64,000 nt of DNA from Leucoraja ocellata. Lineage: Eukaryota. The stretch is taken from assembly GCA_036785375.1 (NCBI GenBank), contig JAWMAR010000306.1:1860001-1924000 (forward strand), written 5' to 3'. Every line of letters begins with the position of its first letter. The first letter of the stretch is position 1. Under the pieces are notes generated by a model. It was given only the letters and a program-made list of their open reading frames with translations. It was not told the origin of the DNA and did not search any database. A program made the position numbers and the translations under genes. This document shows positions 24,268 through 36,889 of the stretch, piece by piece.

Positions 24268-25512
24268 ATGGTGACCAAACCAGCAGCACAGATGCCCACG
24301 AAGGAAAGCACGCCGCCGCTGCCGCTCCCCAGAGCCCAGAAATCCGCCTCCAGGCTATCCCAGAGCGTCAAATCCATGGAGGTGAAGCCAGGGAGGGCGG
24401 TGAAGGAGATCAGGTCGGTGATGATTGACCTGGGCACGGGTTATTGCAAGGCGGGCTACGCCGGGCAGCCGCGGCCCTCGGTGGTGCTGTCCTCCATGGT
24501 GGGCAGACCCGTGCAGATGAGCGCCAAGACGGGCGACAACCGCCAGGAGAACTTCGTGGGAGACGAGCTGACCAGGCCGGAGCCCAAGCTGAAGCTGATC
24601 AACCCCTTGAGGCACGGCATCGTGGTGGACTGGGACGGGGTGGAGGCCATCTGGGCTCACATCTTCTACAAGGCCATGAAGATCCTGCCCGAGGAACACG
24701 CCGTGATGTTGGCCGACCCTCCCCTCAGCCCCACCACCAACAGGGAGAAGATGGCCGAGATCCTCTTCGAGACCTTCAGCACGCCGGCCATGCACATCGC
24801 CTACCAGTCCATCCTGTCGCTGTACTCGTACGGCCGCACCACCGGCCTGGTGGTGGAGTGCGGCTACGGCGTCACCCATGTGGTGCCGGTCCATGAAGGC
24901 TACAACATGCCCCATGTGACGGGCAGGGCCGACTATGGCGGCGCCGACCTCAACGAGTACCTGCTGAAGCTGCTCAACGAGGCGGGCAGCAGGTTCACCG
25001 AGAAGAACCTGCACATCGTGGAGGACATCAAGAAGAAGTGTTGCTACACCGCCCTCAACTTCGAGCACGACCTCAGCCTGGATGTCAACGAGTACATGGT
25101 GGAGTACGAGCTGCCGGACGGGCATGTCATTACCATCGGCAAGGAGAGGTTCCGCTGCCCTGAGGCTCTCTTCAACCCCTCCCTGATAGGCTCCAAGGAG
25201 CCCGGCATCCACTCCCTGGCCCTGCACAGCCTGGACATGTGTGATAGCAACCTCAAGTACGACATGTACAGCAACATCTTGCTGTGCGGGGGCTCCACCA
25301 TGTTCGACGGCTTCTCCGACCGCCTGCAGAAGGAGATGAACAAGATGGAGAAGGGCATGAACCCCGCCGTGCACTGCATCCCCGAGAGGAAGTACTCGGT
25401 CTGGCTTGGAGGGTCAATCATGGCTTCCCTCAAATCCTTCCAGCAGCTCTGGGTGCGCAAGAGAGATTATGATGAGAGAGGTCCATTCGCTGTTTACCGC
25501 AAATGCTTCTGA
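24268..25512 (+). CDS. Intronless actin-like protein 7 (ACTL7-like) paralog 2
   Basis: aggATGG start; DLGTGYCKAGYAG, AKTGDNRQENFVG, MKILPEEHAV, ECGYGVTH, ELPDG, ends YRKCF; very high GC at third codon positions. Confidence 0.93.
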   Translation: MVTKPAAQMPTKESTPPLPLPRAQKSASRLSQSVKSMEVKPGRAVKEIRSVMIDLGTGYCKAGYAGQPRPSVVLSSMVGRPVQMSAKTGDNRQENFVGDELTRPEPKLKLINPLRHGIVVDWDGVEAIWAHIFYKAMKILPEEHAVMLADPPLSPTTNREKMAEILFETFSTPAMHIAYQSILSLYSYGRTTGLVVECGYGVTHVVPVHEGYNMPHVTGRADYGGADLNEYLLKLLNEAGSRFTEKNLHIVEDIKKKCCYTALNFEHDLSLDVNEYMVEYELPDGHVITIGKERFRCPEALFNPSLIGSKEPGIHSLALHSLDMCDSNLKYDMYSNILLCGGSTMFDGFSDRLQKEMNKMEKGMNPAVHCIPERKYSVWLGGSIMASLKSFQQLWVRKRDYDERGPFAVYRKCF

Positions 25513-25621
25513 AACTTCTTGCTGCACTTTTTATTTTAATACTTGACCGGTATTCAAACACATCGTCTCATTTAATTTATCATGATTTCTACCGGATCAA
25601 AACGCAACCTTTTCTTAACAT

Positions 25622-25627
25622 AATAAA
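25622..25627 (+). terminator. Candidate polyadenylation signal of ACTL7-like paralog 2
   Basis: AATAAA about 110 nt after the stop, with T-rich downstream sequence. Confidence 0.55.
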
Positions 25628-26404
25628 GCATTTCTCAATTATTTGCTTTGCCCGATTCATTAGTACTTACCAATGGCCCAGCCAAATCATGAATACCTGG
25701 GATCCAAGCTCCAATTCACGGGTGGTAACCCATTAATTGCACCTGCCAATCTTAGAAAGAAACATTTATTGCCATTCATTGATTTCTGCCTGATAAACAA
25801 TTCTCACACCGTGTAAGTACATCACCTCGAATGACGCAGGCTCTAACTTGTGGATCAACTGCCAGTTAAAAATCATCCAAAAGTCCAAATACATCACCTT
25901 CACTGGTTCCCCCCTCATCTATTCTATCGGTCATCCTCAACTCCTAGTTCTGTTTCGTAAATCCAGATTGACTGCTGTCTTTTTATCTCTTCAAGATAAT
26001 TTCCCCTGCTACTGGCGTTAGGTTAACATAATTTGTCGGGTCTTGTTTACCGTTCTTAAAATACTGGGGTCAGATTCGCTATTCTCCAATCCATAACAAT
26101 GGCCACAAAATCTATATGATTTGGGAAAATGATATCCAGAGAATTCGCTATCTCTGTCATTTCTTTCAAAATTCATATTTTTTTTAAATATGCAACCATT
26201 CATATTAGTTTGGTGGAATTGTCTGCCCATTTGTACCTGCTTTTATCATGAATAAAATGTAAACTAATTCTGGATTGAAGTTGGAGAACATCCTTCAATG
26301 TTTGTTTTGCTGGTACTTTCTTGGTGTCCGAGTTCAAACGAGTCTGGAGTTGGGCAATAAATGACATAACCTGTCCGATGGAACCATTTGAGTGTAACTA
26401 ACAA

Positions 26405-26706
26405 TGGCACAGCAATAGAGTTACTACCCCACAGCGCTTTCAGCGCCAGAGACGTGGGTTTGATCCCGACTACGGGAGCTGTCTGTACGGCATGTGTACG
26501 TTCTCCCCGTGACCGCACGGGTTTTCCCCGACATCTTCGGTGTCCTCCCACGCTCCAAAGACTTACAGGTTTGTAGGCTAATTGGCTTAGTATAAACGTA
26601 GTAGTGTCCCTAGTGTGTGTAGTGTTAGTGCGCGGGGATCGCTAGTTGATGCGGACTCAGTGGGCCGAAGGGCCTGTTTCCGTGCTGTATCTCTAAACTA
26701 AACTAA
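26405..26706 (+). mobile_element. tRNA-derived V-SINE (HE1-like)
   Basis: tRNA-like head with B-box-like GGTTTGATCCC, V-domain GTACGTTCTCCCCGTGACC...CCTCCCAC, CR1-like tail and (CTAAA)n end. Confidence 0.85.
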
Positions 26707-29700
26707 CACATTATAGGCTGGAGTGGGTTGACTGCTCTCCAGTAGATTATGAGGTTTCAAGAGTAGATATGGGTTTAATATCTTGATTTCCACAACAAAT
26801 GTTGAGTTGCCGCAAAGAACGTTATTATGAATTCTCTACTGTGAACATTTCAGTTGTCCTAATGACCCTTTTATCAATCAGGGTGATGACACCGATTAAC
26901 AAAATAGATTGCTGTGGGATAGATGCAAGAGCACTCAAGACAGGTACACAGTTAGAATTGAGGAGCTCATCCAGCTGTTCCTCCCAGCATGTACTGATTG
27001 CCTCTCTGCTCTTGACAAAGTTATCTTTGTTATTGGTTTACAGTAGATTGGGAGTCTGGGTGTAGATGGCCGTATAAAGATTGGGGAAAGGGGATTAAGG
27101 TAAAGGTCAGGGATGAGTAGTGAGACAGGTCAAAAGGCAAGTGGAAAAAGCAGTGAGCAAGGACAATGGAACATGATCCCACACATGTGTGTGTGCATAT
27201 GTTCTAAGGGAGGCCCAGTTCCCATGGTAGCTGGTGTAGAACCAATGTAGCCAGGACCTCTACTACAACCTGGAGGACATTGCCTCCTGAGATGCAGAGC
27301 AGCAAAATGGGCAACTTCAACATCAGGGTTGTAAAGATATACAGTACACAAGGAGTACTGTATATGCTGGAGTAATTCAGCAGCTCAGGCGGCATTTTTG
27401 GAGGGCATAGATTGAAAGTGATTCAGGTCAGGATGCTTCTGGTATGCATTCGGTGTAACATAAAGAAGGCATGGTAGGCTGATTGCTCCATAAGAATTCA
27501 GATTTGTTGAACCAACTGGGTACCTTTAGTGTTGTGAGGATCGGCATCCCAAGCTCGTCAATCTAATTTTACTATATAAAAATATACCGCCCCAAAGTGT
27601 AATCTATTTCTCGTAGCTTCATAAATCATTCTATTCTTTCCTGTTTCTATTGACAATAAATTTCATGAAAAGCTATTAACATGCTTTTTACAATCACAAA
27701 ATATGAAATGCCACTGTTCTACTCTTAATATTATAACATTGGTCACAGCCAAGATTAAAGGAATAAAATGAGACACAAAGTACTGGAATACATCAGCGGG
27801 TCAGGCAGCATCTCTAGAGAACATGGAGAGGTGACATTTTAGGTTGTTTCAGACTGTCACAAGAAAGGTCACCTAATCATGTTCTCGAGATATGCTGCCT
27901 GATTGAGTTACTCCAGCACTTTGAGTCTTTTTTTTTGTAAACCAGCATCTGCAGTTCTTTGTGTATCAATATTAAAGAAATATCTGTATTTTACTTTCTA
28001 GAGCCTCAACGGGAGTGTTTTTGATTTGGTCTCAGTTGTAATCACAGCAAGGGATTTTGACAAAACAGTGAGGAAGCCACGGCTTTGGAAGGCCACACCA
28101 ACTGTATTGTGTATAATTTTAATTTCCTCACACAGGGAAAGATATACCTACCGTAGAAATATACCAAACAAAGTTTCACTGGGCAGAGTTTGTTGTCCTG
28201 TGTAGAATATAATGAGAATGAACTACAGGTGATTTCAGTATACATTGTTCATCAAGAGGACTTGACAGATGCTGAGAATTTGTTTCCTCCCAGCCTGGAG
28301 CCAGAAGTCAGGATAAGTAAGCAAATTATTTAAGACTGAGATGGCTGTGAATTTTTTCATACAAATTGTTTGTGAATCTTTTGAATTCTCAACCAAAGAC
28401 TGTGGTTACTCAGTCAATTACTCAGTCAAGCCTTTAATGGTTTGTAATAACTTCTTGTCCATGAGTTCTCATGTACAGCACTTTGTGGCAACTGCAGTTG
28501 TTTAAAGTGCTTTATAAATAAAGTTACTATTACTATTATTATTATTATTATTATAATTAATATACTCAAGGCAGAAATGAATAGAATTTTGGGCATGGGG
28601 GATAGTGGATGGATATTGGATTTGACAGAAAAGTAGAATTATTGTTGTAGACACATGGCACTGCAGTTGCTGGTCTACAAAAAGACACAAAGTGCTGGAG
28701 TAACACAGCAGGTCCTGGTGAGGGGGATTTTGATTGGCAGACAACAAAGACCAGAGATGAAAAGACAAAAAGTGAGAGATAAGATTATAAGATGGCACAA
28801 AATTATGTGTTCATTCAAAATTTTGTAGAATTATGCTGTCTGAAGGAGGTTGGCATACCATTGCTTTTAGTTATTAGATACACATGTTTTCGATTTGGTA
28901 TAGGTGGTGGTGGATTGCAAAGGTGGTGGAATAAGCCTTTAGAAAAGTTATTTTCTAAAACTAATAACTAGTAATACAGTTTTCAGAAAGCAAAGAAGAT
29001 AATATACCAAAGCACAAGAATGAGAGTAGTAAATTGGAGGTGAAGTGAACATGGCAAGGACAAGGTGAAGGACGACTTGTATGTAGTGTGGAATACAAAA
29101 CAGGTGAAAATGGAGCAGCATTCAAGGACCGAATCGGACGTAACAGCACATATTCATTACCTTTATCACTAGTGCACAGCTCATTTCAACGTGTTGCTGA
29201 TAAAGGGAGGAAATATGGTGCTTGTGATGAAGGGAGGAAATGGTTAATTTCATCCAAGATGTTGCTGAACTTCTTGAGCTCTGGGGAGTTTGCACTCATC
29301 CAAGTGACAAGTACTAAAGTGGTTTGGATGGTGGGAAGGATTTGGGGATTTGTGAACTGATTAATTTGATGCAAATGATCAGATTTTTACCCACATTTGT
29401 TAAAGCACCAGCAATATATAAATCTCACCACCAGTTATTTCACAATTTACAAAATTACATTTGCACTGTATGTATTTTGCTTACTTATACATTTGGAACC
29501 AAACAATCACCATACAATTCTCCAAAAACATTAGAATATACATTGACAACTATCATCCAGAAGAATAACAGACATCTGAATTTGTGTTGCAGTCAAAAAG
29601 CAAAATTTTCCAAACGCCTATAAATAAAACCACCTACAACAGTTCTCCATTTGCAAGTCTTGGACTAAATTTAGAGCACATAATGGTACGACACCTCCAT

Positions 29701-29807
29701 GCTATTCAGTTTTGTCAGTGATGGCTTTCCTGGTCCAGACTGCATCTGAAGTTTGCGGTTTCCGCTGCAAATTTGTGGAGCGGTTCTGTTCCTGCTGTCT
29801 GGCAGTG

Positions 29808-29813
29808 TTTATT
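29808..29813 (-). terminator. Candidate ELP1 polyadenylation signal
   Basis: AATAAA on - strand about 0.8 kb after the stop; unverified. Confidence 0.3.
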
Positions 29814-29924
29814 TCACACCAGTTTCCAAGACAAGTTGCTTTCTTCATCCCTTTGCTTTGACTTCAAAATTATTATGGTACAATGGAAACATTTGTAAAA
29901 TAATATAAAATCAAGAATTTTGCA

Positions 29925-30310
29925 TGGAAGTAAGCCAGCATAATCAAGGACGAGTCGCATCCTGGCCACTCCCTCTTCTCCCCTCTCCCATCAGGCAAAA
30001 CATAAAAGTGTGTATGAAAATGCACACCACCAGATTTAGGGACAGATTTTTCCCAGCTGTTATCAGGCAACTGAATCACCTTACCACAACCAGAGAACAG
30101 TGCTGAACTACTATCTACCTCTGTGGTGACCCTCGGACTATCCTTGATCGGACTTTGCTGGCTTTACTTTGCACTAAACATTAGTCCCTTATCATGTATC
30201 TATACACTGTAAATGGATCGACTGTAATCATGTATTGTTTTTCTGCTGACTGGTTAGCACGCAACAAAAGCTTTTCACTGTACCTTGGTACACGTGATAA
30301 TAAACTGAAC
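29925..30310 (+). mobile_element. Rex1/Babar-like LINE 3' end
   Basis: HTTRFRDRFFPAVIRQLN; tail AATAAACTGAACTG. Confidence 0.75.
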
Positions 30311-30613
30311 TGGTTAAGACATTTTCAATTGATGATTTATATTATTGGTATTACATTCGTTTTGAACTGCCTTAACATTGAACAATATCAGCAGGAAAAC
30401 TTGTCTTGTTAGTTTTATGATTGTCATAATTCTGTAGTTGAAAGATCAGTCACATTTTCTAGCTGGACGAAGCATCCATACCGCCTTTGTGCATCCATCA
30501 TTCTAATCATTTTTACTTTCCTGCCTTGTATTCACATTGTCTCGTGCTGACTGTATTATACATATGCAGCAACAGACAGTCCAAAGATGGCAATGCAGCT
30601 GACTGGAATTGCT

Positions 30614-30678
30614 TCATAGAATATTCAGCTTCCACTTCACTTTCTTATTGAGTTTTGGTGGAACAAAGATTTCATCAT
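30614..30678 (-). CDS. ELP1: ELP1 last coding exon (human exon 37 equivalent)
   Basis: ttttag|; DDEIFVPPKLNKKVKWKLNIL* versus human [22 protein letters not shown]. Confidence 0.93.
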
Positions 30679-31289
30679 CTAAAAAAAGAAAATACATGCA
30701 ATCAGACAATACCAATTTATCTGTTGCGGGTACAGTGGCAACATTTAATCGACATTTGGACAGGTACACAAATAGGAAAGGTTTAGAGGGATATGGGTTA
30801 AATGTAGGCAAGTGGACTACCTTTGTTGGGCAATTTGGTCAGCATGGACGAGTTGGGCCGAAGGGCCTATATACCTCTGACTATGATGAATGGTATAGGT
30901 TGAAAGACCTGAGAAACTAGTCAAAGTTGAGCTGTTGCATTGGTCAAATAACAGCAAAGCAGCTGTCTTTAACTGTCAGTGATTATATCATTTTAATTCT
31001 CTACTTTTATTTAGTTCTCTCATGTGATCACATTCAGAAGATCTACCAGACAACTGTTATATGTCGTCACCGCCTTGTGTTTCAGTAACAATAAGGACTT
31101 CTGCTCCCGCAGGACTAAATATCGTTAATGATGTTTAGATAAAACCACATCCTAAATGCTTTGAAATTTAGATCCATGTAGCAGTTTGATTTCTTATTTT
31201 CTGATTATGTTATCTACAGGTGTCTTCATCTTCTAACTTCCAAATATTACCATTTTCCACTCAACGCCAAAACCTACCCCAACTCTCTC

Positions 31290-32022
31290 ACAGCAGGAGT
31301 GAAGGGGCGACACGCACACCCCCATCCACATCAACGGGACGGAGGTGGAACGTGTTTCCAGCTTCAGGTTCCTGGGGGTCAACATCTCCGATGACCTCTC
31401 TTGGACCCACAATACCTCAACTCTGGTCAAGAAGGCTCACCAGCGTCTCTTCTTCCTGAGGAGACTGAAGGAGGTCCATCTGTCTCCTCAGATCCTGGTG
31501 AACTTCTACCGCTGCACCATTGAGAGCATCCTTACCAACTGCATCACAGTATGGTATGGCAACTGCTCTGTCTCCGACCGGAAAGCACTGCAGAGGGTGG
31601 TGAAAATTGCCCAACGCATCACTGGTTCCTCGCTCCCCTCCATTGAGTCTGTCCAAAGCAAGCATTGTCTGCGAAGGGCGCTCAGCATCGCCAAGGACTG
31701 CTCTCACCCCAACCATGGACTGCTTACCCTCCTACCATCCGGGAGGCGCTACAGGTCTCTCCGTTGCCGGAGCAGCAGGTCCAGGAACAGTTTCTTCCCT
31801 GCGGCTGTCACACTACTCAAAAATGTATCTCAGTGACTGCCCCCCCCCCCCCCCCCCCAGGACATTCCTCCCACAGGAAAAACACTATGACTGTATGCAT
31901 GTAAATAGATTTATTTATTGAAATCATATTCTATGTCGCTCTTCCAGGGAGATGCTAACTGCATTTTGTTGTCTCTGTACTGTACACTGACAATGACAAT
32001 TAAAGTTGAATCTGAATCTGAA
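31290..32022 (+). mobile_element. Young Rex1/Babar LINE 3' fragment
   Basis: Open frame ERVSSFRFLGVNISDDLSW...KKAHQRLFFLRRLK...FYRCTIESILT...RNSFFPAAV; (TGAATC)n tail. Confidence 0.92.
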
Positions 32023-32136
32023 GGAGTGTTGTACATTTGGAGGTGGCAACTTTTCAATAAAATATTAATGCCAGGCCTCGTCATCTCTCTTAGGTGGATG
32101 TTAAGAGATATTATGGTGGAGAGACCAGAGGAGTTA

Positions 32137-33738
32137 TAGAAACATAGAAAATAGGTGCAGGAGGAGGCCATTCGGCCCTTCGAGCCAGCACCGCCATTCA
32201 TCGTGATCATGGCTGATCATCCCCTATCAATAACCCGTGCCTGCCTTCTCCCCATATCCCTTGACTCCACTAGCCCCTAGAGCTCTATCTAACTCTCTCT
32301 TAAATCCATCCAGTGACTTGGCCTCCACTGCCCTCTGTCGCAGGGAATTCCATAAATTCACAACTCTCTGGGTGAAAACGTATTTTCTCACCTCTTAAAT
32401 GACCTCCCCTTTATTCTAAGACCGTGGCCCCTGTTTCTGGACTCGCCCCACATTGGGAACATTTTTCCTGCATCTAGCTTGTCCAGTCCTTTTATAATTT
32501 TATATGCTTCTATAAGATATCCCCTCATCCTTCTAAACTCCAGTGAATACAAGCCTAGTCTTTTCAATATTTCCTCATATGACAGTCCCGCCATCCCAGG
32601 GATCAATCTCGTGAACCTACGCTGCACTGCCTCAATCACAAGGATGTCCTTCCTCAAATTAGGAGACCAAATCTGTACACAATACTCCAGATGTGGTCTC
32701 ACCAAAGCCCTATACAACTGCAGAAGAACCTCTTTATTCCTATACTGAAATCCTCTTGTTATGAAGGCCAACAGTCCATTAGCTTTCTTCACTGCCTGCT
32801 GCACCTGTAAGCCAACTTTCAGTGACCGGTGTACAAGGACGCCCAGGTCTCGCTGCACCTCCCCCTTACCTAACCTAACCCCATTGAGATAATAATCTGC
32901 CCCCTTGCCGCCAAAGTGGATCTCACATTTATCTATATTATACTGCATCTGCCACGCATCTGCCCACTCACTCAACCTGTCCAGGTCATCCTGCAACCTC
33001 CTAACATCCTCTTCACAGTTCACACTGCCACCCAGCTTTGTGTCATCGCAAACTTGCTAGTTTTGCTCCTAATTCCCTCTTCCAAATCATTAATATATAT
33101 GGTAAACAGTTGCGGCCCCAACACCGAGCCTTGCGGCACTCCACTCGCCACTGCCTGCCATTCTGAAAAGGACCCGTTCACTCCTACTCTTTGCTTCCGG
33201 TCTGCCAACCAATTTTCTATCCATGTCAACACCCTACCCCCAATACCATGTGCTCTAATTTTAGTCACCAGTCTCCCGGCTTTCAAAGGCTTTCTGAAAG
33301 TCTAGATACACTCATCCACTGGCACCCCTTCATCCATTTTACTCGTCACATCCTCAAAAAATTCCAGAAGATTAGTCAAGCATGATTTCCCTTTCATAAA
33401 TCCATGTTGATTTGGACTAATCCTTTTACTGCTATCCAAATGCCCCATTATTACCTCTTTAATAATTGACTCCAGCATCTTTCCCACCACCTAGGTCAAG
33501 CTAACTGGTCTGTAATTCCCCGTTTTCTCTCTTTCGCTCCTTTCCTGAAAAATGGGATAACATTAGCTATCCTCCAATCCACAGGAACTGATCCTGAATC
33601 TATTGAACATTGGCAAATGATCACCAATGCGTCCACTATTTCTAGAGCCACCTCCCTGAGGACCCTGGGATGCAGACCATCAGGCCCAGGGGATTTATCA
33701 TCCTTCAGTCCCATTAGCCTACCCAATGCTATCTCTCA
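32137..33738 (-). mobile_element. CR1 LINE, 5'-truncated, low divergence
   Basis: [65 protein letters not shown]; 3' tail at 32137. Confidence 0.95.
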
Positions 33739-34058
33739 CTTAGTTCTCTCCCTTATCCTGGTCACTATTTATCCATCAAACAACTAAAGCTGATTATCTA
33801 ATTGTGAGCTCATTGTTGAGCTGAGTTCACTTAAAATTAGCTGCTCCTCTTTCCATATTACAGTGACCGCATGTAAAAGCTTAGTTACTGACTTGGTTTG
33901 AAATGCCTTACGTCTGTCGTTTCTTTTCTTGCACAAAAAACAATTGCAAAGTGTGGGTTGTGGGTTGACTTTAAATATCACTGCTGCTTTAAAGGTTAGG
34001 CTCTCATCTCTGAATTTTAACGCTAGGCTTTGCTCTAACCACAACTTTCACAACTGAC

Positions 34059-34137
34059 CTTGGTAAGCTGTCATTCCACTTATTGGCCGCTGGAGGGCGG
34101 CGGCAATACTGTTCGCAGTAGAATCTGGTCCAAGAAC
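34059..34137 (-). CDS. ELP1: ELP1 exon 36 equivalent
   Basis: tttag|...|gtcagt; VLGPDSTANSIAAALQRPISGMTAYQ. Confidence 0.9.
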
Positions 34138-35713
34138 CTAAACCAGCAAAACAATTAATACAAGTGGCAAACATTGAAATATGTACAAAGTTAGCCTTTT
34201 AATATACCAAATTCCTGGTCTAATATGGCCGAATTCCGCTCTATGTCTTATGACAAAACAGCACATCATAACATTGACATAATAAAATTTGATTAAATCA
34301 TTTTTTCTCCATTCATTTTAGACAAGCTCACTTTCATAGGAATACTTCAGCAACATATTCAATTGTTTAACCCCATTCTGCTGGCTTGTGACTGGCACCC
34401 TTGGTTCAATCTGTGAAATTTGGTGATCTTGCAATCCTTTTCTTACTGTTTGGAGGAATTCACGTACTAATTGGGAAACATCTCTCAAGTGCATAATCTG
34501 GATCAAAGAACATTACAAGGGATGTTTCTTGAACAGGCATAATGGAAAGTTTTTTATCCAAGTCACACATCTTCCTGACCTGGAAATTTATTGATACCCC
34601 TTCATCATAATTGGGGTACCCCTTATCCAATATAGTGTAAAAGAAAAGCAAGAGGGGCTGGATACACATAGGACTTTGGGCAGGACGTGGAGGAGCCACA
34701 AACTTGCAATGTTAAATTTCCTTCTCATACCACAGATGCTGCCTGTTCTGCTGAATGTTTCCAGCATTTTCTATTATTAGATTTCCAGCATCTACAGCCT
34801 TCCAAGTGACACCCAAATCTGGAAAGATTAAAACAAATCTGCAATTCATTTCCCCTTCCTAGAATTTCACCCTAGAATGAAAAGAATCCTCAACATTTCC
34901 GCCTAGCCAGGTGCAAGCAATCGGGTTCTATGGCTTAGTGGGATTTGTTGCTTATCCACTATTTAATGAAATATGAGAACATGGAACAGGTATTAATATT
35001 TCTAAATGTAACGGGTTAATTTAAAAAACCTCCTTTCAATTAGAGTATGTTATTTAGGTGTTTCAGTTATTTATTTATTTTATTATTTATTATTAGTTGA
35101 TAGGAGATGTCAGTGGGATGTTGGCCATCTCAGAATAAGGAGGCATTGGTTAGATTTGTGTTCTTCAGGAACAATGCCAAAGTACTTATTTACATAGAGG
35201 GTTATGGGAACTCTTGAATTCATCTCCAATAAGTCATTTAAAAATTTCAAACTCAAGATTGAGAGATTTTCAAGGATGAAGAGTTGGACGATGTTGGAAC
35301 ATATATAAATCACCCATGATCTGTGAAAAAGTAGAACTGGCTTAAACAGTTAAAATCCACCCCCCCCCCCCCCCACCCCACCCTCCTTAAAGTGATATAA
35401 ATTCTGCACTTTCACCAACACTACTTCCTGTGCCTTCAGGTTTTTATACAGGTTTTGCATTCTTATCAATTCATTGAAAACTGTTTTTTTTTGCAATTAA
35501 TTGCAAACAAAATAATTTAATTGTGCATAATGGAAACTGATTCTTGCACCTGATGACATCGCATACCTGGTAATCTTCCATGTGCAGTGTCTGATAACAA
35601 CAAAACCAACTTGTTTTACAGTGTACTGCACAGAAAAATATCAGCAAAGTCAAGCCACAGCAATATCATTTTGATTATGCTAGGTATTTGCAGAGGAATT
35701 TCCCAATACATTT

Positions 35714-36800
35714 AGAAACATAGAAAAACAGAAAATATGTGCAGGAGTAGGCCAATCGGCCCTCCGAGCCAGCACCACCATTCAATATGATCATAGCTAA
35801 CTATCCAAAATCAGTACCCATTCCTGTTTTCTCCCCATATCCCTTGATTCCGTTAGCCCCAAGCTATATCTAACTATCTTGTATTGACCTCCACTGCCTT
35901 CCGCGGCAGAGAATTCCAGATTCACAACTCTCTGGCTGATAAAGCTTTTCCTCATCTCCGTCCTAAATGGCCTACCCCTTATTCTTAAACTGTGACCCCT
36001 GGTTCTGGAATCCCCCAACATCAGTAACATTTTTCCTGCATCTAACCTGTCCAATCCCTTAAGAATTGTATGTGTTTTTACAAGATCCCATATCATCCTT
36101 CTAAATTCCAATGACCAGTCGATCCATTCTTTCATCATATGTCAGTCCCACCATCCCGAGAATTAAACTGGTGAACATAAGCTGCACTCCCTCAATACCA
36201 AGAATGTCCTTCCTCAAATTAGGAGACCAAAACTGCACACAATATTCCAGGTGTGGTCTCACTAGGGCCCTGTACAACTGAAGTAGGGCCTCCTTTCCTA
36301 CTGTACTCAAATCCTCTCGCTATGAAGGCCAACATGCCATTTGCTTTCTTCACTGCCTGCTGTACCTGCATGCTTACTTTCAGTGACTGATGTACAGATC
36401 CCGTTGTACTTCCCCTTTTCCTAATCTGACACCATTCAGATAATAATCTGTCTTCTTGTTCCTGCCAGCAAAGTGGATAACCTCACATTTATCCACATTA
36501 TACTGCATCTGTCATGCATCTGCCCACTCACCCAACCTATCCAAGTCACCCTGTAGCCTCGTAGAATCCTCCTCACAGCTCACACTGCCACCCAGCTTTA
36601 TGTCATCCGCAAACTTGGAGATGTTATATTTAATTCCTTCGTCTAAATCGTTAATATATTTTGTAAATAATTGGGGTCCCAGTACTGAGCCTTGTGGCAC
36701 CCCATTAGTCACAGCCTGCCATTCTGAAAAGGACCCGTTAATTCCTACTCTTTGCTTCTGTCTGCCAATCAGTTCTCTATCTCTGTCTATACCTTACCCT
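35714..36800 (-). mobile_element. CR1 LINE 3' part
   Basis: [38 protein letters not shown]; same family as 32137-33738. Confidence 0.92.
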
Positions 36801-36889
36801 CAAATTCCTCAAAGTTGGACCAAGCTTTTAAAAACCTGTGTGCCTTTCCCATGGTTTAAGGAGTGCATGTGTTCCACTGAAATACTCAA

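Noticed and set aside
24355-25374. 339-aa antisense ORF (also 18149-18766, 18658-18987, 25044-25460)
   Set aside because: Shadow ORFs expected opposite GC3-rich coding sequence; no recognisable domain
26405-26480. tRNA-like A/B boxes (also about 59790 and 51660)
   Set aside because: SINE heads with no complete cloverleaf
33784-34044. 86-aa ORF in frame with ELP1 exon 36 (possible alternative C-terminus)
   Set aside because: Read-through of the donor hits TGA at 34050-34048 before this ORF
34318-34699. Two overlapping - strand ORFs in ELP1 intron 35
   Set aside because: No recognisable homology, and exons 35 and 36 already join in phase with human-like sizes
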